A DNA stretch of 63,831 bases, taken from the IMG/VR virus record IMGVR_UViG_3300035670_007084, positions 1 through 63,831 of that record; one strand, given 5' to 3'. The position numbers and the translations under genes are program-made. The notes under the pieces were generated by a model. It did not search any database. It was given only the letters and a program-made list of their open reading frames with translations, and was not told where the DNA came from. Position 1 is the first letter of the stretch; every line of letters begins with the position of its first letter. Of the stretch, positions 40,222 to 52,688 are shown in pieces. This DNA comes from a virus. Its lineage: Duplodnaviria > Caudoviricetes.

Positions 40222-40909
40222 TTTCTACTGATACCAAAACATTATAAGCTCAATCAGTTTGCGTTTTGTTTTTGGTTTATAACAGTTGCTCCCACCTTGT
40301 TTGTTGTAATAGATTGCATACAGTTGATCCTTACCCATCTTTGAAAAATTTCTCCTATGCTGTTGAGTTGATATAATAGCTTCAATACTCATATTATTTT
40401 CTCTTTTTTAATTTTAATGATGATAAATTTTTCGTTCTGCGATTATATGCGGTTCTACATATGCAACATCTGCAATACCTTTCAGCATATCCTTGGCGAT
40501 TGCAAGTGCTTTCTCTTCGGTTAATGCCTTGACCACAATCGGGTGAGTTATGACGAGATAAGAATTTTCTTTAGGCTCTAAACTTTTTAGTATTTCTTCA
40601 AGTGCTACTATCACTACAGTTAATCTACTTTTTAAATCATCCATTACATTCTCCTTTTAAGTTCCTATTAGTTTAGCTATTCCACAATTTATTTCTTCAA
40701 TGTTACCACCATAATATTCAAACCGTTCTTTAAAACTGTAGCCATCTTGCTTTGGAGTACGACCTTCATTATAACTTTTATATGTTTCTATATAACAACC
40801 CATAACAAGATTGTATGCTCTACTTTTTGTACTATCGTAGGCAACAATACCATATCCAAAAACTTCGGGTAACTCACACTTATATAGTTTGCCCATATTT
40901 TCTCCTAGT

Positions 40910-41092
40910 TTATTTTAAAGTTACTCCAACAGATGGATGTTCTATTACTTTATTCTTTATATAGTTTCCTATATGTAATTCTAAATTATCTAAAAAATCT
41001 TTTGATACCCTTGTGAATCTCATATTGCGTTGGGCTTTTGATATTTCAAGGGCATAAGTTTTACAGTTCTTTTTATTTATTAACATACTCAT
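40910..41092 (-). CDS. Putative histone-fold protein
   Basis: LINKKNCK...RVSKDFLDNLE..I...I...V......GVTLK resembles alpha1-L1-alpha2-L2 of prokaryotic histones. Confidence 0.55.
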   Translation of the reverse strand: MSMLINKKNCKTYALEISKAQRNMRFTRVSKDFLDNLELHIGNYIKNKVIEHPSVGVTLK

Positions 41093-41305
41093 CCCCTAAT
41101 CAATTAGTATAAAACTGTTTGATAAGTTTATTTCATCGTTGTTACAACCATCTTGAAAATCTTCTAACGAATAAACAGTGTCAAGTCTTTTAGCCTCTTC
41201 TTTTATTTCTCTATATTTACCTAGATGTTCTAATATTCTAAAATCAATATCAGATGCTGAGCAATTAATAATATAAACCTTTGTTTCTTTTTTCATATAC
41301 CCCCC

Positions 41306-41704
41306 TTAGTTTCCACGAAAAGCAACATTAATTGCATCGGGTTTAAAACAAAACAACGCATTATCAACTATGTGTCTTGCTAGAACAGGAAACTTTTTCT
41401 TTCGTGGTTTTAATCCCGTAAGAATATACCTCCGACCACCAAAACTAAATTCTTTATCGAGATATTCTTTCTTGAGATTATATAAGTCACACAAATCTAA
41501 ATAGTTTCTTCGTTCATTTGTTTCTACAATACCGCTCTCGTTGATAACATTAATTGAAATCTTAGGCTTGTAATAACTAACATCAAAACTTCCACCATTA
41601 AAATTTACTTTAACACCATACTCTGACTCTAACGGTTTTAAAAGTTCTTCCACACGATTCATTAATTTGTTAGCGATAGCACGATTAACACTTGTTATTT
41701 TCAT
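41306..41704 (-). CDS. Hypothetical phage protein
   Basis: Start MKITSV with AAGGA RBS; GLKPRKKKFPV motif. Confidence 0.65.
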   Translation of the reverse strand: MKITSVNRAIANKLMNRVEELLKPLESEYGVKVNFNGGSFDVSYYKPKISINVINESGIVETNERRNYLDLCDLYNLKKEYLDKEFSFGGRRYILTGLKPRKKKFPVLARHIVDNALFCFKPDAINVAFRGN

Positions 41705-42054
41705 CTTGTTTCCTTTCTTTTGGTTTATGATATTAAAAAGCAATATATACTACAAATAAACAAACTAGTAACGAAATTATAATAGCTAATCTATTAAATT
41801 CGTTTTCATATTCTCTACTGTGTTTTATTTTACCCATCAATCCTCACTTTCTATTCTGTTTCTGTGATAAATTATTTCTATTCCGGCACACTCAAGTAAA
41901 GATTCAAATGTCATATCGTAAGGTAATGCACAATCATCATCTTCTAAAAGATAATCAACTGCTGCCTCAATACACTTTTCTTTTGTTGGTGAATTTCTAC
42001 CTGTGTTTAAATATCTGTTGCATTGCTTGTCATATGCACTATACATTTTTCCTC

Positions 42055-42594
42055 CTACCAACTTGATTGATAATATAACGAATAACTTTCGGGTAAAGTT
42101 AAACAGTATTCACATATTTCTATGGTTTTATTTACTGCCTCTAAATAATATTCATCATAGTCACCACACCCAAAAAAGAATCCTGTTGTTGTGGGTAATA
42201 ATTCCTCTGCTACTGACGAATTTTTTATTACTTTCCCATCTACTAAGTTTGGTATTTGTTTACCTTTACTAATGGTATAAGATGAAAGAACCTGCCCTTT
42301 AACAAGTTTACAATTTCTTGCTACAGACTTACACACATTTAAAAGATTTTCAATATCTTTTTTACTAACATAATATTCCTCACAATCATCTTTACCGTTT
42401 TGAACATTATCAACAAACCACTTATGAATGTGGTTTGCTTTGCGCCAATACCCAACCTCAAATTTTACTTCAACACTCGACAAAGAATCGGTTTGTCTTA
42501 GTTCGGGAAATAAAATTCTAACCTGCTTAACTAATTCGGGATTGCTAAATGATCCACAATATCTTGAAGCTTTTAAATACATATCTAAACCCAT
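42055..42594 (-). CDS. Conserved phage hypothetical protein
   Basis: MGLDMYL, YWRKANHIHKWF, LPTTTGFFFG, YYQSSW. Confidence 0.75.
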   Translation of the reverse strand: MGLDMYLKASRYCGSFSNPELVKQVRILFPELRQTDSLSSVEVKFEVGYWRKANHIHKWFVDNVQNGKDDCEEYYVSKKDIENLLNVCKSVARNCKLVKGQVLSSYTISKGKQIPNLVDGKVIKNSSVAEELLPTTTGFFFGCGDYDEYYLEAVNKTIEICEYCLTLPESYSLYYQSSW

Positions 42595-42606
42595 ACTAAC
42601 TCCTTT

Positions 42607-42903
42607 CTATTTATTTTTTTCTTTCTCTAGCATATTACAACAAGCACCACAATGTTCATTCACACTATCATTATCACAAGTGTGTATTGCATAGTTATCT
42701 TCTTTGTAACCGCAGTGTTTACAGGTTAATACATTTGTCATTTTATCCCTATGTTTTTTGCACATAGAATCACCGTTAATAATATCGGGGCATCCACAAT
42801 CAATACAGATATGAACACCACATCTAGTGCATACATCAAACTCAGGGTGCTTATCAAAATATAATACTTTGTTACAATATTTGCAGTGTATTTTCTTACC
42901 CAT
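42607..42903 (-). CDS. Multi-CxxC zinc-finger protein
   Basis: At least five CxxC-like motifs in 98 aa. Confidence 0.6.
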   Translation of the reverse strand: MGKKIHCKYCNKVLYFDKHPEFDVCTRCGVHICIDCGCPDIINGDSMCKKHRDKMTNVLTCKHCGYKEDNYAIHTCDNDSVNEHCGACCNMLEKEKNK

Positions 42904-43291
42904 ATATCACATACCCTGCTCTTCTAATCTCTATACCACTATCCAATAGTTTTCTTGCTTCGGGTGTTACATCAAAGACACCCACAACATCAAAGAATAC
43001 CCCTTCAACATCATCATACCTATCCCCCTCTTCAGAATCGTGATACATTATTTCTAATTCTAACTTTGTTTTTTCTTCAAAGTCATCACGCATTCTATTA
43101 TAGAGAATAAGTGTTTGTTCTGTTTTATCTGATTGCATAAAATCAATATCATAAACCATAAATTTTGCAAAGTTTTCTAATTCATCTTCGGTAAGAGAAT
43201 TAAAAAAATCTTCTGCTGTTTTTCCTACAACCTTGATAATATCTTCTTTAGAAATTACATCTGCCCAACAAGCATTCGCACCATACCCCAT
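42896..43291 (-). CDS. Hypothetical acidic protein
   Basis: AAGGGG RBS; 131 aa. Confidence 0.7.
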   Translation of the reverse strand: MGYGANACWADVISKEDIIKVVGKTAEDFFNSLTEDELENFAKFMVYDIDFMQSDKTEQTLILYNRMRDDFEEKTKLELEIMYHDSEEGDRYDDVEGVFFDVVGVFDVTPEARKLLDSGIEIRRAGYVIYG

Positions 43292-44004
43292 TTTAATTTA
43301 CCCCCTTATTCATCATTAGTTAATACTACTTCGGCTATTTCATCAGACGGTGCGACATCTTCTACAAGATAGAAAGCATCTGATAAATCATCTTCTTCTA
43401 AGTTGTAGATTCTGTCGTCTTTTAAAGTAACTCTAATCTTCCACATTTTTCTCTCCTTTGTTTTGGTTGTTGTTTGAAAACTCTTTCTTAATAAATTCCC
43501 AAAATTCTTTTCTAACAAAATTAGCAAACTCTTCTTCTTCAACTACTAAAAAATCTTTAACTAATTTTTCTCTGTGAGTTTTAGAAAATAAATCTAACAT
43601 CTCATTATAATTTTTTCTATTCATTGTTAAGCATCACCCCCATTGTTTATATGTTCGTGATATATTTTTTGTAGATGAGATATTACTACAGGAATATCTC
43701 GATATTTTAAATAAAACTTTTGGTCGGTTGGTATTATGGTTTTAATGATAGCAAAGATGTCTGTAGTTTCAATGCAACATTGATTATAATTACCAAACTC
43801 GTATTGATACTTTGGTTTATAATTTTTACATTCATTACAATTCATTTTTTGTTTTCCTCCTCTTTAGATAAACAATTTTCACATACTAGCATTTTTATTT
43901 TATCTCCGTTTAGTTTGTTAATTACATATTTTCCGTTGCAGAATAATTCTCCCCATATACTAAAATCTTTTCCACAAGAATCACATTTCATAACTACCTT
44001 TCAT

Positions 44005-44856
44005 TTAAACAGTTAATAATTGGTATGCTTTTTCCCTAAGAACTGCACCACTACCCAACAATGATGCATACTCTCTATTAGATTCTTCACCTTTAGTTGA
44101 ACGATAATGATCCACATATTCAGTAACAGCATTAAATATTTTCCATCTAGTATCTTTTAATTCTCTATGACCAATACCATCACTCACTAATCTTGCTATA
44201 GATTCCTTTGCGTTTAGAGTTCGTGTTGTTGTTTCCTCAATATCAACCACATTCAATAAGCTATTTAAAAAACTATCAAGCTCTAAACTGTTAAACTGTT
44301 TAGATGCCATATACTCAAAGGCTTCTTTTTGCGCTTGAAATACTGCTCTATAGTGAGCAAAAACTTGTTTTGCCTCATCAATTTTAATGCGATAATTTTT
44401 AGTATGTTTAAACTTACACCAAATATTTTTCTTACTGTTAAGCACATTCTGACATAACACCCTTTGATTTGTTCCAATGATAAAGGTGCTATGAGTTCCA
44501 TTGTGTGATGTTAATACATGTAGATGTGTAGAAATTTCTTCACCTGCAATTCTATAATCCATAGGAACATCAGCTAATATCTGCACAATAGCACCATTCT
44601 TATATGACCTTGCACCCGAATATTTCGCCATACCACTACCAACAATCTCATCAAGCAATGATAAACTCTCGTGGTTTTGCACAATCTCATAACCTTTTTT
44701 TGCTACTTGAAAAACATTCCTGTTATCCTGTCGTAAGATTGCCTTATAATCTTTTAATTCAGCACCCTCATTGTCATAGATTGGCTCACCTATAACAGTA
44801 AAGTTTAGTCCGTGCTTTAACAGCACCTCACTCGCAGTTAATAATTCAGTTGTCAT
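44005..44856 (-). CDS. DUF932/DUF945-family protein
   Basis: YEIVQN, TSHNGT, RVLCQN, FKHT, NAVTEYVDH. Confidence 0.85.
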   Translation of the reverse strand: MTTELLTASEVLLKHGLNFTVIGEPIYDNEGAELKDYKAILRQDNRNVFQVAKKGYEIVQNHESLSLLDEIVGSGMAKYSGARSYKNGAIVQILADVPMDYRIAGEEISTHLHVLTSHNGTHSTFIIGTNQRVLCQNVLNSKKNIWCKFKHTKNYRIKIDEAKQVFAHYRAVFQAQKEAFEYMASKQFNSLELDSFLNSLLNVVDIEETTTRTLNAKESIARLVSDGIGHRELKDTRWKIFNAVTEYVDHYRSTKGEESNREYASLLGSGAVLREKAYQLLTV

Positions 44857-45420
44857 TTTTTTCTCCTTTCTTAAAAGTTTTTACATAACATTTGTTTGAA
44901 TTTGTTCGCATTAAATTTTGGTAAGTGCCTTAAAAATTTTTCGTTAACCCATTCCTTGTTTGAAAGTGTTCCAACATTAGTATTGTATCCGATAAAAGGT
45001 TTTAAATCTTCATCTTTTAATCTTTCATCACTAATATTTAAGAGTCTTTCCCTTGCAATTATAATTGGAATTGATTCTTCGGTAATTGCTTGAACACCAC
45101 AACTCATTAATATAAAGGGAATAAAATTGTAAGCAACTTTTTTTTCTTCTGCTGATAAATTTTTACATCTTGAAAAATCATAATGTAAAGCCATTTGTTC
45201 TCCTTTCTAAATTTTAGGTATATAACCACACCCCTCATATTGACGGGCATCATTTAACTTTGCTTTTATACTATCTTCTATTCTCGAACAATCCATACAT
45301 ATGGTTTCATTTGTAAACCAACTCATAGTTCTAATGTATAAATCTTTTCCACATCTATCACATTTAGTTTGTGTAAAAAATGTATCAGGTTTCATTGCTT
45401 TTTATCCCTTTGTTTAAGAA

Positions 45421-45696
45421 TCATATAACATCATACTCCGTTTTGTCAACAACAATTTTCGTTAGAGTATTAAGGTTAATCATCTTGTAAGATTTGCTTG
45501 ACATTTCAAATACACCAAGCAACATTTTGTCAAGTGGTTTGTATTTTAATTCACCACCTTTTAAATATTTCTTTACCCCCAATCTACAATTCATTTTTCG
45601 TAATGAGTTGTCTTTCTTAAAGAAAAAAGCAGTAAAGATTTTTCCTTTAGTCTTAATTAGTTTTACATAAGCTTCTAGTCTGTTAATTGTTTTCAT
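45421..45696 (-). CDS. SH3 beta-barrel (WYL-like) phage protein
   Basis: FFFKKDNSLRKMNCRLGV. Confidence 0.65.
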   Translation of the reverse strand: MKTINRLEAYVKLIKTKGKIFTAFFFKKDNSLRKMNCRLGVKKYLKGGELKYKPLDKMLLGVFEMSSKSYKMINLNTLTKIVVDKTEYDVI

Positions 45697-46600
45697 TTCT
45701 TCTCCTCTTTTATATTTAGTTCTTCGTTTTTATACATAAACATTAGCTCATTACTATTAAGATATTCCTCACAAAATATATTTCTTGCTTCTGCTGCAGA
45801 TTCTGCCTCGATATGCACACATTCATATACTCTTGTTTCGGAGTATTGTAAAATATAATTTTTCATAAGACACCTATACCATAATACTGCTTACACTCAT
45901 ATCACATTTAACTGTGATGTCGTGTGCTACTTTATTTTTTGATAGTGGTTGACCTTTAACTGTATAAACAACTGTTTTGTTTTCAACCATTCTCCCACAT
46001 TCTTTTGTTTTAATATGGGATAAAACATTAGATAAAATTTTGTTCATCATTTTCATCTCCTTTTTTTTCATCATCATCTATGAACGGTTCAGTTAATTCA
46101 ATATACTTTAATTCTTCAGGATAATGTTCGCACTCTAAACAATTAGATGGATCACACATCTCACCCGTAAACGGACACTTAACTAATGCCATAGTTTTTT
46201 CTCCCCCTTCTTTTAGATACTATTTTCTAAGTTTTCTTGTGCTAAATAAATACATTCAGCTAAATTATCAACAGAGTTTTCTATATCGTTTTCCCACCAA
46301 GAACAATATATAAAGTTTCTATTATAAAGATAACCTTTATTAACTAAATTTTTTGTAAGATCATCTCTTATAGTTAATGCAACTATTTCTCTAACCTCTT
46401 CTCTCGTTAGCATAAGTTACCCCCTTAATTATCTATATGTTCTTTCCAATTAAAGTAAAATCTTGGCATATGAGTAAACTCAAAGCTACCTTTTTGTCCA
46501 TCTGATTTCCTTCTTACTACTACAAACGGAGCTTGAAATCCCAACACATAATAATCCCTCGTTAATTCTTCTGTTGTTAATTTTTCTTTTTCCATAGTAA

Positions 46601-47188
46601 CTATCCTTTTAGTGTTTGTATTGTTATTGGTTTAGTTCTTTTTATTTTACATAAGCTACATATCCTACAGTTTTTCTTACAGTATGGTTTTGATTTATCA
46701 ATCTTCTTAACTACTTTAAAAGCACTCATACCTTTTCTTTTAAAATTACTTGTTAGTATGTTAAGATTTTTTGGTGTGCTTTTTAAGTTTAAATCTTTGC
46801 GGTGTGTGTATGTATAAAAGCTTATTGATGGATTTTTTCGTGCAATATCTTTTACTTTACTAACACACTCTCTACTGTGAAAATCACCCGACTCATTAAA
46901 CCTAAAAAACTTTATAGGTTTCCTTAATCTTTTTAGAATAGCTTTTAACTTATCTGAAAATTCATTAGCACTAATATTGATCCAAAGTTTTTCTTGTGTT
47001 GTTCTATAATTTATACATATATCTTTATACTGTAGTTCAGGTTGTCTAGCATAACAAGCTTCATTCAATTTACATAATCCTAATTTTCTACTAGGACAGT
47101 TAGTATAGCTACCCATATTAAATATGAAAGTATCTTTACCAATTTTTTTATTGCCCCTTTTGAGTAAACTCTTAAAGCTTCTCTCCAT
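46601..47188 (-). CDS. GP88-like protein
   Basis: GNKKIG, CP....C....CYA, FRFNESGDF, YTYT, C-terminal C...C..C..C. Confidence 0.7.
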   Translation of the reverse strand: MERSFKSLLKRGNKKIGKDTFIFNMGSYTNCPSRKLGLCKLNEACYARQPELQYKDICINYRTTQEKLWINISANEFSDKLKAILKRLRKPIKFFRFNESGDFHSRECVSKVKDIARKNPSISFYTYTHRKDLNLKSTPKNLNILTSNFKRKGMSAFKVVKKIDKSKPYCKKNCRICSLCKIKRTKPITIQTLKG

Positions 47189-47206
47189 ATTTTTACCCCC
47201 CAATTA

Positions 47207-47677
47207 TTACATTTCTTTGTATACAACTACCGCTTGTCTAACTGAAACTGCGTTATTATTCACAACAATTACACCCCCATCATTTCTATCTTCCCCATAC
47301 CATTCTACTCTACCATTAACTATATATCCTCTAGGCTTTAAAATTCTGTTGATTATATATTTAATCCACTCTACATAGTTGTAGAATTTTTCACCACCAT
47401 CCCACTCTATTGTTTGTTTATCTTTTTGTATTAACCATTGACACCATAATCCCGGCTGAGTAGATGGTGGTGTATTATAATCAATAATATCGGGAGTATG
47501 TTTCTGTCCAAAATCCTCCAAATCTTCTACATAAAATTCTCCATCAACTCCATACTTACTATCTACTCTTCGTTTCATTCGTCTTGTTGTTGCTAATCCT
47601 CTTAATAGTTTATATGTTTCATCATCAACAGGTTTATCAATAGTAAATTTTCCCTCAAAATCTGTAGAGTATCCCAT
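47207..47677 (-). CDS. Conserved phage hypothetical protein
   Basis: MGYSTDFEG, QPGLWCQW, WDGGEKFYNYVEWIKYII. Confidence 0.75.
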   Translation of the reverse strand: MGYSTDFEGKFTIDKPVDDETYKLLRGLATTRRMKRRVDSKYGVDGEFYVEDLEDFGQKHTPDIIDYNTPPSTQPGLWCQWLIQKDKQTIEWDGGEKFYNYVEWIKYIINRILKPRGYIVNGRVEWYGEDRNDGGVIVVNNNAVSVRQAVVVYKEM

Positions 47678-49779
47678 TACTTTTTCCCCTTTCCAATTCT
47701 TTTAATTCTTAAATTATCTTCTATGAATGTTGCCTCATCTTGTTGCGTATCATATACATGTTCAGCAAAAAATTTATCTACAATATTTTCATCATCATCT
47801 ACATCTATTGTTGCCTCATAGTTTAAAATAACATTATACTTCATATCAATTCTCCAACTGTGGTGTTGATAAATAATAACCAACGATTAAATTTTTTCCC
47901 ATTTTTATTGATGCTTTATATAAATCCTCAAATCCTTTTCCAAAAAACTCATCTGTTAATTGTTGTTTATCTAATTCCTCTGCATATATAGGACAAGCAG
48001 AGATTTGAAGCTCCCTATTTCGCATAAAAATTCACCCCCTTTTGTTCACTATTACATCCCTCATCACAATAATGTATATCAGCAATACCGTGATAAAAAT
48101 TACCGTGTTGGTCAGTAAATGTTACTGCTATTTCAATAGTATCTTCAACTACTGCATTTAATTCCCAATGTTCAAGGTTTAATTGTATGCTCATTTCCCC
48201 CCCTATTTAATTTTTCTAATGCTTTATAAAAACATTGATAACATAAAGCCACATATTTACTGTCTTTTGAAACTATTAAATAATCCTCTAATGTAAGGAA
48301 TTGAGTTTCAAATTCTAGCCAATGTAATTCCCAAGTCAAATCAATTATTCCGCACTCGTCACAGCAATTAAGTTCAGCATTTCCTAGTTGATTAATTACA
48401 TCATCAGAAAGTTCGCTAATATTTTTTCCAATTAGATTATGCAGTTCATGTTTTTCCATATTATAATTCCCCCTCAAATTCACAATCGCCTGTTTGTCTA
48501 ATACATTTTCTTATTTTATTTCCTAACTCTAATCTAGCACATAATTTAAATAATATCTTGCCTTTCTCTTGTAACGGCAAGGGAATATTTCCCGATTTAA
48601 TAATCTCTTTATAGTTACCGCCTAATCTTTTTAAATCTTGCCAAGTATCTGTTATGGTTGCATTTATATCCACCAAATCACTCCCATCAAAATACCAATT
48701 AACTTTTGATTGATTTTCTCTGCCGCCAAAAGATGTAACATCCATACTATTTTGAACAGCAAACCAATATTTTCCCTCATCGCCATTACTTAAATAATAA
48801 TATCTACCCATTTTTATTACCTCTTTTTTTATTTAAGAATTTTAAAATATTTTGATAAACACATTCGCTACAATTTGAACCATAAAAATATACTTCGGTT
48901 TCAGATAAATTTCTACTACATCTACAACAAATATTAACGGTTTTTTTACATGTATGCATAATAATTATACACTCCTTTTTATTTTAAAAAACTTATTAAA
49001 TACTCTAACCCCACAGGTTTCATAATACTCCAAACCTAAATAAATTTTATAGTATTTTTTCCCATCATTTAATATTTTTTTAAATATATATTCGTCACCT
49101 CTTTGGTATCCTTCTAACCCATTAGAGCAACGAGGTTCATATACACATTCACAAATTCCCGCATCCAATAGTGTTCTCATATTTTTAAAACCTTATTTCG
49201 TTGTATAATTTATCTAGTAATCTTTGCCCATCACAATCAGAACGCAGATATTCCTCACCATTTTTAAATCTTTCTGCCCACTCTAAAGCATACCCACTTT
49301 TACATTGCGTTGTTTCTCCAATTTCTCCTCCCCATCTTGCTCTCATATAAGCAACATATAAGTTAAACAATCTACCTCTTAATCCCGCTTGATATGCAAC
49401 ATCTTCATACATAATTTTTCTCCTATTGGTTTAGTTTTTCTAATTTATCTAATGCCTCTTTCAAATCTTCAAGAATAATTTTTCCTTCGGGTAATTCAAA
49501 CCAATAGCCACTACCCTCATACTCATATAGTTTGTCCTCAAGAAAATCATCATCTTTTAAAATCTTAAATGAAACCCCACACGAACTATCAACTATCATA
49601 AACAGTTTAAATTTTTCCATGTTCTCTTACCCTTTCATAATAACCATCATTAGTAATTTCTATTCCAAACTGTTCAAAGTCTGCGCTATCCATATAGTAT
49701 AGCATTTCAATTAACAAATCTTTTTCAACAATACTTAAATCCATCCACCAATTAACTACTTTGTCCTCAAGATTTTTGT

Positions 49780-50124
49780 TTATAGACATAATGTTTCACC
49801 CCAATTCTGTGCCTCACAAATTTTATCTACATTCATTGCCGATATTGGTTTCCAAAATTTATCTCGTTCAACTTCAAAACATTTAATCCTTAATTTTTCT
49901 AACTCATCAAAGCTTATATATCCCCACTCTGCCATAGCATAATCGCCATTTAATATAGCAAATCCAAAGAACAATTTTTCTTCGGGAGAATATTCACACA
50001 CATACCAATCGCAACCCATAAGAAAGAAATGCATATGTATTATTTTATTTTTTGGATCGATCTTTTCCGTTTCATATAGCTTAGGAATTTTTGCTAATTG
50101 TTTTTCAGTTGGTTTCCCCCACAT
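49780..50124 (-). CDS. DUF2958-family protein
   Basis: PKLYETE, WYVCEY, FFG, EWGYISFDEL, ERD. Confidence 0.8.
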   Translation of the reverse strand: MWGKPTEKQLAKIPKLYETEKIDPKNKIIHMHFFLMGCDWYVCEYSPEEKLFFGFAILNGDYAMAEWGYISFDELEKLRIKCFEVERDKFWKPISAMNVDKICEAQNWGETLCL

Positions 50125-50335
50125 ATTCAACTCCCTTTGTTTTATATCCATATTTTTTTGCATCTTGTTTGATTAGTTTATAGCAATAATCACAGAGCAA
50201 TAACTTTTCATACTCAAACTTGTTGTATTTAATTGTTAATTCATAGCTAATTTCCCCATTATAACAACCACCATTAGCCAATCTTCCATTATTATTTTCA
50301 CACTTATTCTTATTGTTGTAACGCATACATACCCC

Positions 50336-50710
50336 TTACATATTAGTTAAGTAATGGATTAACTCTTGCTTTTTATCTTCCATATAAAGCTCATATATTT
50401 TTTCTTTGTTTGCGTGTAATTTATCTAACACATAAAACTCTTCTTTGGCAGATTTTCTATTCAATTTTTTCACCAATATTTTAAATGTCTTATCGCCAAA
50501 CAATGAGTAGCTTTCCATAACATACCCACCTCTATCTTGTTTTTCTACGATAGCAAAGTGAATATAAATTCCCCTACCTTCTGCGCCACCTGTAAAATAA
50601 TTAATTCCACCCTTATGATAACACACTTTAATCTTTGCATATTTACCATCAGAATTTTTTACATAGTATCCATCTTTAAACAATTCAATTTCTAACTCTG
50701 TTGTTTGCAT
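50336..50710 (-). CDS. Hypothetical phage protein
   Basis: GGINYFTG...RGIY motif; AAGGAG RBS. Confidence 0.65.
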   Translation of the reverse strand: MQTTELEIELFKDGYYVKNSDGKYAKIKVCYHKGGINYFTGGAEGRGIYIHFAIVEKQDRGGYVMESYSLFGDKTFKILVKKLNRKSAKEEFYVLDKLHANKEKIYELYMEDKKQELIHYLTNM

Positions 50711-50969
50711 AGTATTCTCCTTATTAAGTTGTTGGATATACTGTTGGGAAATTTTCCTTGAATTTTTTTCGACACTTTAAACACATCTGTCTAGTAAAAA
50801 ACTTACAAGCTTTTTTAATTGGTTTAAATGTAGCATTACATATGCAGCATTTTTTTTCCATATACTTTCTCCCTTAATAGATAGGGTTGAGTGATGTAGT
50901 GTTTATTGCAAGGTTTAATACTCAAATGTATTTTTTAACCCAAACTACACCACTCAACTATTTTCTATA

Positions 50970-51515
50970 TCAATCAAGCCTTGAGCTTGAGTAGCATTTA
51001 ATGTTATATTTTCCCAACACTTTCGCAAAGGCAGAAGCCCAAGCTTCTTTTCTAGTTATGCTTTGATTAAATAAACTGCACCATATAGAATATCCACCGC
51101 CATAACTTTTTCCCTCAACAATGCCATTCTTTTTTAACCATCTTGCAAATGGTTGTGTTGCAGGGGAAACTACAACCCACGCAAACCCACAAGCACCTTC
51201 GTCTACATACCATTGTTTTCCCCCAACAATTCCCTCGCTAACTATCATTGGTGTTGGTATAGCATTTTTTCCTGCCTCAATTCCTGCATTCATAGCCTCA
51301 TCATATATCGCTTTATAATCAACGGTTTCAGTTTTAACTTTTTTCACCTGCCTAATTCCCTCATATAATTTAGGATCAAATTCTTTTCCTGCTTTTAAAT
51401 CCCCAATTAATTTTGATGCATCATCACACGATAGATTACAATTTCTCACATCCCAACCTGTCATACAGAATATTGCCCAAGTCTGTCTTGATGTTGCCTT
51501 ATTTAATGTTAACAT
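50970..51515 (-). CDS. Hypothetical phage protein
   Basis: CGFAWV, QSITRKEAWASAFAKVL, SRLD. Confidence 0.7.
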   Translation of the reverse strand: MLTLNKATSRQTWAIFCMTGWDVRNCNLSCDDASKLIGDLKAGKEFDPKLYEGIRQVKKVKTETVDYKAIYDEAMNAGIEAGKNAIPTPMIVSEGIVGGKQWYVDEGACGFAWVVVSPATQPFARWLKKNGIVEGKSYGGGYSIWCSLFNQSITRKEAWASAFAKVLGKYNIKCYSSSRLD

Positions 51516-51701
51516 TTTTTTCCCCTTCCTTTGTGGTTATTAGTTTTTCTTTCTTAACTAATCCGGAACCTTTACACATATTACATACAGAATTTTTCTC
51601 ATATAAACTAGAACCATACCCATTACAATTAGGACATTCCACATACCCATACTTTTCAGGATTACACATTACTTCAAAGTCCAACATTTTTCCCCCTTCT
51701 T

Positions 51702-52082
51702 TTAATTGTTAATAATGGTAACACTCATATATTTTTTTCCCCACTTTAAAGCTTCATTATGACTTGGCATATATATATCAATATGCTTTATATGATTATT
51801 TTTGTCGCCAAATAAACTTTTCGCACCTCTATCCTCAACGGTATAAATTTTTCCCCCAATCAAAAGCTTTGTTTTAAATGGCAACCAATTACAAGCAACC
51901 GCACCATCATACACTTTTTTTCCACTTGCCATCAATCCATATGCAGGATTATTAGGTTTTTTCCCACAGCATTTTTCACAAGCACAATATGCAGTTAAAA
52001 GCCACTTTTCGTTCAATTTTTCTGCAAAACAATTCCCACTAATAAAAACAAACAACAGCATCCCTGCAATAATTTTTCTCAT
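51702..52082 (-). CDS. 3D-domain protein (peptidoglycan lytic transglycosylase-like) with signal peptide
   Basis: TAYCACEKCCGK, MASG, VEDRG, IDIYM..HNEALKWG. Confidence 0.85.
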   Translation of the reverse strand: MRKIIAGMLLFVFISGNCFAEKLNEKWLLTAYCACEKCCGKKPNNPAYGLMASGKKVYDGAVACNWLPFKTKLLIGGKIYTVEDRGAKSLFGDKNNHIKHIDIYMPSHNEALKWGKKYMSVTIINN

Positions 52083-52601
52083 AACAAACTCCTTTAAAAT
52101 GAGAATGTTATTAATTTTTCTAGTATTTCTTGTTTTTTATATTCTTTGTTTTTTTTCTTATCAAAAATTCCCTCATATTTAGGATCGATCATATGATGTT
52201 TTTTTCCACAACCCATTTTTGAGTAAATATAGCAACAAAACAGAAAAGGAATAGCAAATAATGCGCCCATTTTTTCCCCCTTAATTTACTGCTTAATTGT
52301 TCTATTGATGCAGGTTAAATAAAAAGCTATATCTGCAAATTTTCCCTCAATAATATGAACTAATAAACAAATCGCATACATATACAATTTTTTATATTTA
52401 CTCATTTTTTTTCCCCTCACTTCTGCCTTATAATTAAGGCAAATTTTTTTCCCCACAAAAAGTCCCACTAATAGCTTTTCTCACACCCCCGCCCACCCGC
52501 ACACGATAGTAAATATATAATAGCTAGTATAGACTATACATAGTAGTTAATAGATAGTATTTATTTAAGTAAATAATATTTATGATATTATTATGAATTG
52601 A

Positions 52602-52630
52602 ACGCACACACGCACACACGCACACGCACG
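52602..52630. repeat. Alternating purine-pyrimidine tract
   Basis: acgcacacacgcacacacgcacacgcacg. Confidence 0.85.
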
Positions 52631-52688
52631 AATATATACTATAAATATATTATAATATAATATAGGTATACTATACACTTATTATAGA

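Larger units (their letters stand above)
40414..52468 (-). other. Early/accessory region of about 40 short, tightly packed ORFs
   Basis: Co-oriented 50-280-aa ORFs with strong AGGAG/GGGGG RBSs and minimal gaps. Confidence 0.85.
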
